A stretch of DNA of 13,404 bases from a virus. The stretch is taken from UHGV virus genome UHGV-0358253; one strand, given 5' to 3'. Below the pieces are notes generated by a model. The model did not search any database, had not been told where the DNA came from, and saw only the letters and a program-made list of their open reading frames with translations. Position 1 is the stretch's first letter. Every line of letters begins with the position of its first letter. Below are positions 6,157 through 13,404 of the stretch, piece after piece. The position numbers were made by a program, and so were the translations under genes.

Positions 6157-7553
6157 CCAGCCAGAACACCCCGGCATGGCGTAACGATGACCTGGAAGGC
6201 GCTGTCATCGGTGCGTTTTTTCTGCGTGGGGCCGATCCGGAAGTGATGGATATTCTGGCCACACTTCCGGCGGATGTATTTTTTGTGCGTCAGTACCGGG
6301 ATATTTACGCGGGGATTTGCAGACAGGCTCGCATATCCGGCGTCATTGACCCCGTACTGCTGTGCAATGAGATGCCGGAACTTGCCCCGGTGATTACCGA
6401 CACCGGACGCAAAACCTGGGTGAAGTCTTCACTGGAGCACTATGTCGCAGCGTTGCGGCGCAATGCCGCACTGCGCGATGCAGAAAAAACACTGACTGAA
6501 GCATTACAGAATTTACGTGATGCGTATACCTGTGAAGCAGCCGAGGATGCCCTGAAGGATGTGCAGAACATGATGGCCTCACTGTCGACCGGAAAGGGCG
6601 TCATTCAGCCGGTTCACATTGATGATGTCCTTCCGGAAGTGGTCGACCGTGTTGAATGCCGCAATCAGGGACTGGAGAAATCCAGGGCGCTGATGACCGG
6701 TATTGATGAACTGGACGCAAAAACGGGCGGTATGGAGCCCGGAGACCTGGTATTCATTGCCGCCCGTCCTTCGATGGGGAAAACCGAACTTGCGCTGGAC
6801 ATCATCGACAAGGTGACTGAGCAGGGGCATGGCGTGCTTCTGTTCACCATGGAGATGGCGAACATCCAGATTGGTGAACGTATGGTGTCTGCTGCCGGTG
6901 GAATGCCGGTATCCCGTCTTAAGTCTGTTGCCCGTTTTGAAGATGAAGACTGGGCGCGTTTCTCGCAGGGCGTGGGACGAATGACGGGGCGTAATATCTG
7001 GATGGTGGATCAGGCAAACCTGACCATTGATGAGATATGTGCAACCACGAAGCACCACCGGATGAAACACCCGGAAACGGCGCTGGTGGTGGTCGATTAC
7101 CTCGGTCTGATTAAAACCCGCAGCACGGGGCGTCACGACCTTGCTGTGGGGGAAATCTCAAAGGGACTTAAAAGCCTGGCAAAATCCGGCGGTTTCCCGC
7201 TGATTGCTCTGAGCCAGCTCTCCCGAGGCGTGGAATCCAGACCCAATAAACGTCCCATGAACTCAGACCTGAAAAACTCCGGGGAAATAGAGGCTGATGC
7301 CGACATCATTCTGATGCTTTACAGGGATGAGGTGTATAACCCGGATACACAGGCCAGAGGCATAGCAGAAATCAACATCACGAAACAGCGTAATGGCACA
7401 CTCGGGACCATTTACCGGCGTTTTCATAACGGACATTTTCTGCCTGTGGACCAGGAGAGTGCCCGGGTTCTTTCCACACCCATGACGCCGGGCAATCCGC
7501 GCAGATACAGCAATAACCGCATGTCGGGCAGTAAAACGGAGCGTTTATTTTGA
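6153..7553 (+). CDS. DnaB-family replicative DNA helicase
   Basis: Walker A AARPSMGKTELALD, Walker B-like VVVDYLGLI, Arg-finger region ALSQLSRGVESR; GGAGGTG SD; ATGA overlap with the DnaC-like stop. Confidence 0.9.
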   Translation: MTSQNTPAWRNDDLEGAVIGAFFLRGADPEVMDILATLPADVFFVRQYRDIYAGICRQARISGVIDPVLLCNEMPELAPVITDTGRKTWVKSSLEHYVAALRRNAALRDAEKTLTEALQNLRDAYTCEAAEDALKDVQNMMASLSTGKGVIQPVHIDDVLPEVVDRVECRNQGLEKSRALMTGIDELDAKTGGMEPGDLVFIAARPSMGKTELALDIIDKVTEQGHGVLLFTMEMANIQIGERMVSAAGGMPVSRLKSVARFEDEDWARFSQGVGRMTGRNIWMVDQANLTIDEICATTKHHRMKHPETALVVVDYLGLIKTRSTGRHDLAVGEISKGLKSLAKSGGFPLIALSQLSRGVESRPNKRPMNSDLKNSGEIEADADIILMLYRDEVYNPDTQARGIAEINITKQRNGTLGTIYRRFHNGHFLPVDQESARVLSTPMTPGNPRRYSNNRMSGSKTERLF

Positions 7554-7807
7554 ACAACAGAACAATCACTGTTTCACCGGAACAACTTCGTCGGCAGGCG
7601 CAGGAGATGCTTCGTTGTGCTGAACAGATGGAAAAAACGAGCGTGAAAAAAGATACGCTCCGCAAGCAGCTTACTCCGGCGCTTCGTGATCTGCTGCAGG
7701 CAAAACACCGCACACAAAAGGCGGTGGATGAGCTGGTGGATTGCGTGGCGGAACTGGAAGGACAGGTAAGCCAGTTTGAAACGCTGGTGAAGGAGTTTAC
7801 TGCGTGA
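7550..7807 (+). CDS. Hypothetical 85-aa helical protein, TTG start
   Basis: GGAG 8 nt upstream of TTG 7550; TTGA overlap with the helicase stop; predicted coiled-coil-like composition. Confidence 0.5.
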   Translation: MNNRTITVSPEQLRRQAQEMLRCAEQMEKTSVKKDTLRKQLTPALRDLLQAKHRTQKAVDELVDCVAELEGQVSQFETLVKEFTA

Positions 7808-7853
7808 TGGCTGAATTTTTTTCTCCTGCGTTCATGCAATACCGTTCGCTGAG

Positions 7854-8849
7854 GTGACCGTGAGAGCACTGCTGACCCCTGAAATTGCCCCGCGTATGGG
7901 GATCGTCTTGTTCAGACCCGGTTCAGAGCTGATGCCCCTGTTTATGCAGGGGCGTGTCCTGCTGGAGCCTGAGCCGGAACGTTATTCATCTTTTGCCAGT
8001 GGTGCCGTTCCGGCAGCATCACAACCGCTGGCGGATGATCCTGCCGTTCGGGCCGTGTTCCGCCATGAGGCGGTGATCCGTCGTGCTGGTGGCGTGGAAT
8101 GCCTTGAGAGCTGGTTACTTCGTGAAAAAGGCTGCCAGTGGCCTCATTCCGGATGGCACAGCGAGAACATGACCACAATGCGACACGCGCCGGGCGCAAT
8201 CCGTCTGTGTTGGCACTGCGATAACCAGTTGCGTGATCAGTTCACGGAACGGCTGGAATCAATGGCAACGGATAACTGTGCCCACTGGGTGTTATCTGTC
8301 GTGCGTCGGGATCTCGGTTTTGATGACAGTCACGTAGTGACAATGCCGGAACTGTGCTGGTGGCTGGTTCGTAATGACCTGGCGGATGCCTTACCGGAAA
8401 GTGCAGCCCGTAAGGCACTGAGATTACCGAAGCCGGTTGTGCCGTCTGTCACCCGGGAGAGTGACCTTGTTCCTTCGGTTCCTGCCACCAGCATTATCCA
8501 GGATAAAGCGAAAAAGGTGCTGGCGCTGAAAGTGGATCCAGAGTCGCCGGAGTCTTTTATGTTACGCCCAAAACGTCGCCGCTGGGTTAATGAAAAGTAC
8601 ACGCGCTGGGTTAAGACACAGCCGTGTGCATGTTGTGGAAAGCCTGCTGATGATCCCCACCACCTGATAGGCCATGGTCAGGGTGGAATGGGTACAAAAG
8701 CGCATGACCTCTTTGTGTTGCCTTTGTGCAGAAAGCATCACGACGAGCTGCATGCGGATACCGTGGCATTTGAAGAGATGTATGGCTCCCAGCTGGAGCT
8801 GATATTTCGTTTTATCGATCATGCGCTGGCAATAGGCGTACTGGCGTAA
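7854..8849 (+). CDS. Nin-region phage protein, YdfU/DUF968-like, with C-terminal CxxC...HH (HNH-like) motif
   Basis: 331-aa ORF directly upstream of the Q-like gene; C-terminus QPCACCGKPADDPHHLIGHG...LCRKHHDELH; start codon uncertain (GTG 7854 with weak RBS). Family name is from memory. Confidence 0.7.
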   Translation: MTVRALLTPEIAPRMGIVLFRPGSELMPLFMQGRVLLEPEPERYSSFASGAVPAASQPLADDPAVRAVFRHEAVIRRAGGVECLESWLLREKGCQWPHSGWHSENMTTMRHAPGAIRLCWHCDNQLRDQFTERLESMATDNCAHWVLSVVRRDLGFDDSHVVTMPELCWWLVRNDLADALPESAARKALRLPKPVVPSVTRESDLVPSVPATSIIQDKAKKVLALKVDPESPESFMLRPKRRRWVNEKYTRWVKTQPCACCGKPADDPHHLIGHGQGGMGTKAHDLFVLPLCRKHHDELHADTVAFEEMYGSQLELIFRFIDHALAIGVLA

Positions 8850-8862
8850 GTGGAGAACGAGC

Positions 8863-9615
8863 ATGAACCTTGAAGCCTTACCAAAATATTACTCCCCAAA
8901 ATCTCCAAAATTGAGCGATGACGCACCGGCGACAGGCTCAGGTGGTTTAACGATTACGGATGTGATGGCTGCGCAGGGGATGGTGCAGTCGAAAGCACCG
9001 CTTGGGTTTGCCTTATTCCTGGCAAAAGTTGGTGTTCAGGATCCTCAGTTTGCGATTGAAGGTCTGCTCAATTACGCGATGGCAATGGATAACCCGACAT
9101 TGAACAAATTGAGTGAAGAAACCCGGTTACAGATCATCCCTTACCTTGTGAGTTTTGCCTTTGCTGATTATTCCAGGTCTGCGGCAAGTAAGGCTCGCTG
9201 TGAGCATTGTGCTGGTACTGGATTTCATAGTGTATTGCGCGAAGTGGTGAAACACTCCAGAAGCGGGGAATCTGTTATCAAGGAAGAGTGGGTGAAGGAA
9301 TTATGTCAGCATTGCCATGGTAAGGGAGAAGTCAGCACGGCTTGCAGAGGGTGTAAGGGTAAAGGCATTGTCCTGGATGAAAAAAGAACCCGGCTTCATG
9401 GCGCGCCTGTTTATAAGATTTGTGGGCGTTGCAATGGAAACCGGTTTAGTCGTTTACCGACCACACTGGCACGACGTCATGTCCAGAAGCTGGTACCAGA
9501 CCTGACTGATTATCAGTGGTACAAAGGATATGCAGACGTCATTGATAAACTGGTAACAAAGTGCTGGCAGGAAGAAGCATTCGCTGAAGCACAATTGAGA
9601 AAGGTGACGAGATAA
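8863..9615 (+). CDS. Q: Late-gene antiterminator Q (Q82/QuuQ-type) with four CxxCxGxG-like zinc-finger repeats
   Basis: 250-aa ORF with GGAG SD; sits between the nin-like gene and a promoter/terminator pair ahead of the lysis region; CEHCAGTG, CQHCHGKG, CRGCKGKG, CGRCNGNR repeats. Confidence 0.7.
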   Translation: MNLEALPKYYSPKSPKLSDDAPATGSGGLTITDVMAAQGMVQSKAPLGFALFLAKVGVQDPQFAIEGLLNYAMAMDNPTLNKLSEETRLQIIPYLVSFAFADYSRSAASKARCEHCAGTGFHSVLREVVKHSRSGESVIKEEWVKELCQHCHGKGEVSTACRGCKGKGIVLDEKRTRLHGAPVYKICGRCNGNRFSRLPTTLARRHVQKLVPDLTDYQWYKGYADVIDKLVTKCWQEEAFAEAQLRKVTR

Positions 9616-9646
9616 GTGATTTTCACCGAAGATGGCGACATGATGC

Positions 9647-9687
9647 TTGCATTTCTCAAAAAATATGGATAAGATTTTCCCAACGAT
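9647..9687 (+). promoter_or_regulatory. Candidate late promoter pR' with a downstream -10-like pause element
   Basis: TTGCAT (9647-9652), 17-nt spacer, TAAGAT (9670-9675), then AACGAT at 9682-9687 at roughly +1 to +6, the arrangement used for sigma70-dependent promoter-proximal pausing at lambdoid pR'. Confidence 0.4.
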
Positions 9688-9720
9688 GGGCTTTGTATGT
9701 CTACCGTTGATGAGTTCAAG

Positions 9721-9755
9721 AACCCGCCGCCGAGCGGGTTAAATTATTTTTTCTT
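9721..9755 (+). terminator. Candidate tR'-like intrinsic terminator downstream of Q
   Basis: AACCCGC-cgccga-GCGGGTT stem-loop followed by AAATTATTTTTTCTT. Confidence 0.5.
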
Positions 9756-9769
9756 ACACGGGGATATGG

Positions 9770-10300
9770 ATGTTATACCGAGATCTTTTGCCTATTTTCT
9801 CAGAAAGACCCATATTTAAAGCTCCTGAGGCTGAAAGAATACTTCGTGAGCAATATTCTATCGCCGCCCCCACTCCTGTAATTCAGGAGATTTATTATGG
9901 ATTGGCAGGTTATGACAGATTTCAGGAGCTTTATGGGGATCTTAATATTGACCAAATCGAATGGAAATTGATTGAACTTCCCACTAAAAATTTTTTAACT
10001 ATCGGGGATAATGCTACTTACCCTGATTTTTTGCATGAGGTCGTTGAAGATTTCACAACCCGTAAAGGCGATGTATTTATGGATGATGAAATAAAAGCGC
10101 ATTGGTGTAATTTTGGCACATGGTGTGAACCTCCATTTTTTATAGATCGAGCTTTGCTGAAAAGTAATACAACAGGGCTTCATTTAATGGAAGGGCATAC
10201 AAGAGTTGGAACCCTGTTAGGGGCAGTTAAGTATAACTTCGTTAAGCTTGCTAATACTCATAAAATTTATTATGCGCAAGCAAAAGAATGTATTAAATAA
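9770..10300 (+). CDS. Hypothetical 176-aa protein in a low-GC moron; function unknown
   Basis: Clean ORF with GGGGA SD 5 nt upstream; by eye about 37-40 percent GC against about 50 percent in flanking phage genes; contains YPD-x20-EIK and GHTRVG segments; followed by a strong terminator. Confidence 0.75.
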   Translation: MLYRDLLPIFSERPIFKAPEAERILREQYSIAAPTPVIQEIYYGLAGYDRFQELYGDLNIDQIEWKLIELPTKNFLTIGDNATYPDFLHEVVEDFTTRKGDVFMDDEIKAHWCNFGTWCEPPFFIDRALLKSNTTGLHLMEGHTRVGTLLGAVKYNFVKLANTHKIYYAQAKECIK

Positions 10301-10337
10301 GTTGAGTGAAATTACTGTTTTTTTTTAACAATACTTA

Positions 10338-10358
10338 CCGCGTTCTCGCGGTTTTTTT
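10338..10358 (+). terminator. Rho-independent terminator after the low-GC moron gene
   Basis: CCGCG-ttct-CGCGG stem-loop followed by T7; an additional T9 run lies at 10318-10326. Confidence 0.7.
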
Positions 10359-10481
10359 ATAAATTAAACATTGGTGCAGTACGGTAAACACGCTGGTGGT
10401 CGTGAATACTGACTTTTTATCTTGCTGGCTTTTTAGACAAGAGTTATTGGTATGTCATGTTAACCATGAAGGTAAAAAGAC

Positions 10482-10676
10482 ATGCTAAAACAGCAAGATA
10501 TGACAGAAACGGCGAAAGTTGTTTTTAATGAATTAAACGGCAAACCGGCAACAGTCGGGGAGATAGCACAAAACACATACCTTTCACGCGAACGCTGTCA
10601 GTTAATACTGACCCAGCTGGTTATGGCGGGGCTGGCAGATTACCAGTTCGGCTGTTACAGACGCCTTCAGCAATGA
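10482..10676 (+). CDS. Small (64 aa) putative winged-helix DNA-binding protein, possibly PapI/FaeA-like
   Basis: AAGG SD 9 nt upstream; GKPATVGEIAQNTYLSRERCQLILTQLVMAGLADY resembles the recognition-helix region of small winged-helix regulators; similarity is weak and from memory. Confidence 0.5.
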   Translation: MLKQQDMTETAKVVFNELNGKPATVGEIAQNTYLSRERCQLILTQLVMAGLADYQFGCYRRLQQ

Positions 10677-10825
10677 AGGGCTTTTAATTTGTGAAAATGG
10701 GCGGCTGGTGGGTGTTGGTAGCACCTGCCAGCCATTCGCTCATGCTTACTGGTCACAAGCGAACCATGGCCCACTGCTTTAGCGCAAAAGCAGAGTGAGC
10801 CTACCAGAGTTACGCTTACTGATCC

Positions 10826-11851
10826 ATGAAAAACACTGTAAAAATAAACAGTATTGATTTAATCAACGCTGATTGCCTGCATTTTATTCAGTCCCTGCCT
10901 GATGATTCCATTGACCTGATTGTTACCGATCCGCCTTACTTCAAGGTGAAACCCAACGGTTGGGACAATCAGTGGAAAGGGGACGAAGATTACCTTAAGT
11001 GGCTGGACCACTGTCTGGCCCAGTTCTGGCGGGTGTTGAAACCTGCCGGAAGCCTTTACCTGTTCTGTGGGCATCGCCTGGCATCTGATATTGAGATCAT
11101 GATGCGTGAACGTTTCAACGTGCTTAACCATATCATCTGGGCGAAGCCGTCCGGACGTTGGAATGGGTGTAATAAAGAAAGTCTGCGCGCATATTTTCCT
11201 GCCACAGAGCGCGTTCTGTTTGCTGAACATTACCGGGGGCCATATCGCGGCAAAAGTGACGGCTATGTGGCAAAAGAAAGGGAACTCAAACAGCACATAA
11301 TGGCACCGCTGATATCGTATTTCAGGGATGCTCGTGCCGAACTGGGTATAACGGCAAAACAAATTGCCGAAGCCACAGGTAAGAAAAATATGGTTTCCCA
11401 CTGGTTTGGTGCCAGTCAGTGGCAGTTGCCGAATGAGGCTGACTACCGGAAGTTACAGGCACTGTTTTCCCGTATAGCGGCAGAGAAGTTTCAGGAACAA
11501 CAACTGGAACAACCACACCACCAGTTGGTGGCATCTTATGATTCACTGAATCGCAAATATTCTGAATTGCTGGATGAGTTTAAATCTCTCCGGCGCTATT
11601 TCTCCGTATCAGTCTCCGTGCCTTATACCGATGTCTGGATGCATAAACCCGTTCAGTTCTACCCGGGTAAACATCCGTGTGAGAAACCGGCGGATATGCT
11701 CAGGCAAATAATCAATGCCAGTAGTCGACCCGGCGATCTGGTTGCTGATTTCTTTATGGGATCCGGTTCCACAATAAAAGCAGCAATGGCGCTGGGGCGT
11801 CGGGCGTTAGGTGTTGAGCTTGAGACAGAGCGGTTTAATCAGACCATCTAG
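10826..11851 (+). CDS. Beta-class (N6-adenine or N4-cytosine) DNA methyltransferase, apparently orphan
   Basis: Motif IV DLIVTDPPY near the N-terminus and motif I DFFMGSGST near the C-terminus (order IV then I defines the beta class); about 200-aa intervening region with an HTH-like segment ELGITAKQIAEATG; no SD before the ATG. Confidence 0.9.
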   Translation: MKNTVKINSIDLINADCLHFIQSLPDDSIDLIVTDPPYFKVKPNGWDNQWKGDEDYLKWLDHCLAQFWRVLKPAGSLYLFCGHRLASDIEIMMRERFNVLNHIIWAKPSGRWNGCNKESLRAYFPATERVLFAEHYRGPYRGKSDGYVAKERELKQHIMAPLISYFRDARAELGITAKQIAEATGKKNMVSHWFGASQWQLPNEADYRKLQALFSRIAAEKFQEQQLEQPHHQLVASYDSLNRKYSELLDEFKSLRRYFSVSVSVPYTDVWMHKPVQFYPGKHPCEKPADMLRQIINASSRPGDLVADFFMGSGSTIKAAMALGRRALGVELETERFNQTI

Positions 11852-11897
11852 GAAATCAGTATGTTATCAGCAAATACAATTTTGTGAATTAATTCAA

Positions 11898-11926
11898 TTA
11901 TTGGTGGGATGTCTGTGCCGTATAAT
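11898..11926 (+). promoter_or_regulatory. Candidate promoter with a perfect -10 (TATAAT) and weak -35
   Basis: TATAAT at 11921-11926; best -35 is TTATTG at 11898-11903 with 17-nt spacer; a transcript from here would end at the terminator at 12129-12168. Confidence 0.25.
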
Positions 11927-12128
11927 GATTACAGATACAGTGTATCCTGCAATGCAGCAGGGCTGATGTGGTGGGTTGTACATAGCCTGCAAAGGATTGG
12001 CTTCATTAATTCATCGTTGATACAAGCGAGTCACGGTTGACCACGCCAACGGCTCATCGGTAAAAATCCGACACCGTGTCTTCTTAACTCACTTATTGTT
12101 TCCACCCATGTTTTTGGATACCTGCTGT

Positions 12129-12168
12129 AGCTGTCAGATTAGCGCGATAATCTGACAGCTTTTTTTTT
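12129..12168 (+). terminator. Strong Rho-independent terminator
   Basis: 13-bp perfect stem AGCTGTCAGATTA / TAATCTGACAGCT, loop GCGCGA, then T8. Confidence 0.8.
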
Positions 12169-12457
12169 ACAACGAATCCTTCTGATCTGCTTTTGCGGGG
12201 CTTTTTTGTATCCGCTCCATGCCCGGCGTATAAGCGGAGGTTGGTCAGTTTTCTAAAAATTGAAATACCTCACAATTCAGCCAGTTAATGGTTGTTTGTC
12301 TGGCGAAGAGTTTGTAAATAAAAAAACGCATGGTGAATCCCCCTAAGCGGCGGGGCGAATCAGCAGTCAGTTCTGGGATAATCGCGGGTTCGTATGCTGA
12401 TGCCGGACTCACCGGGAGGCACCCGGCACCATGCATCATGGTCATCCCCTTGTATGA

Positions 12458-12483
12458 TACCCCTCTCCGGAGGGGTATTTTTT
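12458..12483 (+). terminator. Strong Rho-independent terminator
   Basis: TACCCCTC-tccg-GAGGGGTA stem-loop followed by T6; a weaker GCCCG...CGGGC hairpin preceded by A6 at 12488-12515 could terminate the opposite strand. Confidence 0.75.
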
Positions 12484-12916
12484 GGATAAAAAAGCCCGCG
12501 CTGGGAGGCACGGGCGGCAAGGAATAAAACGTGAAGAAATTTTCACAGGCGCATAATAATCCGATGTTGCCAGATTTTGCAACTGCATCATCTGGTTATT
12601 ATGTGAGCTGGAAAATCAGATTCTGTATGGACTGAAGCCATGCTGTTATTTAGGGCCAAAGAGCTGGCTTTTTCCCGCCTTCTCTCCAGTAACGATTAAT
12701 GAGAAAAGAATGAAATGCTTTTCCTGGGGAGGAGGGCAGTAGAAAAAAGAACCCGCCAGCAAAAATATGGGGGATGAACAGCTTTTGCTACTCAGGTTGC
12801 TGGCGGGTATGGTTCTTCATGAAATAAGAATGTTACGCGGTATTTTTAATGAAAATGATAATTATTGTCAATTGGTTGTGCGTATTTTTTCATACATGAC
12901 TGGTAAAGGTGATTCA

Positions 12917-12947
12917 GGCCATCAGAGTTTTGCTGATGGCCTTTTTT
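12917..12947 (+). terminator. Rho-independent terminator about 35 nt upstream of the holin start
   Basis: GGCCATCAG-agttttg-CTGATGGCC stem-loop followed by TTTTTTCTTTCC. Confidence 0.7.
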
Positions 12948-12980
12948 CTTTCCGGTAGCACAGGTCTGTTGGGGCGGGAT

Positions 12981-13196
12981 ATGTATCAGATGGAAAAAAT
13001 ATCAACAGGCATTGCCTACGGCACCTCCGCAGGCAGTGCTGGCTACTGGTTTTTACAATGGCTTGATCAGGTTAGTCCGTCTCAGTGGGCTGCGATTGGT
13101 GTACTGGGAAGTCTGGTTCTGGGCTTTCTGACTTATCTGACGAATCTGTACTTCAAAATCAGAGAAGACAGAAGAAAGGCTGCGAGAGGAGAGTAA
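12981..13196 (+). CDS. Phage holin, S21/EssQ-type class II (pinholin-like), dual-start
   Basis: 71-aa product [28 protein letters not shown]...[36 protein letters not shown]: two hydrophobic segments, charged C-terminus, two in-frame ATGs three codons apart (12981, 12990); the ORF-track N-terminal extension from 12909 crosses the terminator and is rejected. Confidence 0.85.
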   Translation: MYQMEKISTGIAYGTSAGSAGYWFLQWLDQVSPSQWAAIGVLGSLVLGFLTYLTNLYFKIREDRRKAARGE

Positions 13197-13200
13197 TATA

Positions 13201-13404
13201 ATGGTCCAAAACTATGAAATGATTGTGAAAGGGATCCGCAATTTTGAGAATAAAGTTACGGTAACTTTAGCATTACAGGACAAAGAACGCTTTGACGGTG
13301 AAATTTTTGACCTGGACATCTCGCTGGACCGTGTTGAAGGTGCCGCGCTGGAGTTTTATGAGGCAGCAGCCAGAAGGAGCATCAGACAGGTCTTCCTGGA
13401 TGTT
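13201..13404 (+). CDS. Small phage protein downstream of the holin (YdfR-like position), 3'-truncated by the window edge
   Basis: AGGAGA SD 10 nt upstream of ATG 13201; open frame to the window end (MVQNYEMIVKGIRNFENKVTVTLALQDKERFDGEIFDLDISLDRVEGAALEFYEAAARRSIRQVFLDV...); the YdfR analogy rests on gene order only. Confidence 0.6.
   Translation, partial: MVQNYEMIVKGIRNFENKVTVTLALQDKERFDGEIFDLDISLDRVEGAALEFYEAAARRSIRQVFLDV

Noticed and set aside
10826-11851. Dam (GATC) identity for the methyltransferase
   Set aside because: Motif order is IV (DPPY) then I (FxGSGST), the beta class; E. coli Dam is alpha class (motif I first), so this enzyme is not Dam-like and its target cannot be inferred from sequence.
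12330-12485. Possible tRNA or tRNA-like element (the GGGTTCG segment)
   Set aside because: No canonical T-loop (GTTCGAATC/GTTCAAATC), no D-arm consensus and no cloverleaf I could fold by eye; lambdoid late regions often carry tRNAs, but this is not one.
12245-12527. ORFs 12245-12520 (-) and 12330-12527 (+) in the non-coding tract
   Set aside because: Both run through the terminator hairpin at 12458-12483, have no SD, and have Pro/Gly/Arg-rich composition; more likely structured non-coding RNA.
12767-12958. 63-aa ORF upstream of the holin
   Set aside because: No SD; spans one arm of the 12-bp inverted repeat and the terminator at 12917-12947.

Overview
This window reads as the regulatory and replication core of a lambdoid (Enterobacteriaceae-type) prophage, from the immunity region to the start of the lysis cassette. 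Leftward: a lambda-cI-like repressor (893-1549) and, downstream of it, an XRE-HTH protein with an extra N-terminal domain (286-789), ended by an intrinsic terminator. Rightward: a divergent operator/promoter region, two Rha-like DNA-binding proteins, three small coupled ORFs, a replication module (initiator, DnaC-like loader, DnaB-like helicase), a nin-like pair, a Q-type antiterminator, then a 3.4 kb cargo region and an S21-type holin. The cargo region between Q and the holin is the most interesting part: a low-GC 176-aa protein of unknown function, a small putative DNA-binding protein, a beta-class DPPY DNA methyltransferase, and about 1.1 kb of non-coding DNA with three strong intrinsic terminators. 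All calls come from reading the sequence and the ORF track; no database search was run, so family assignments are from remembered motifs.
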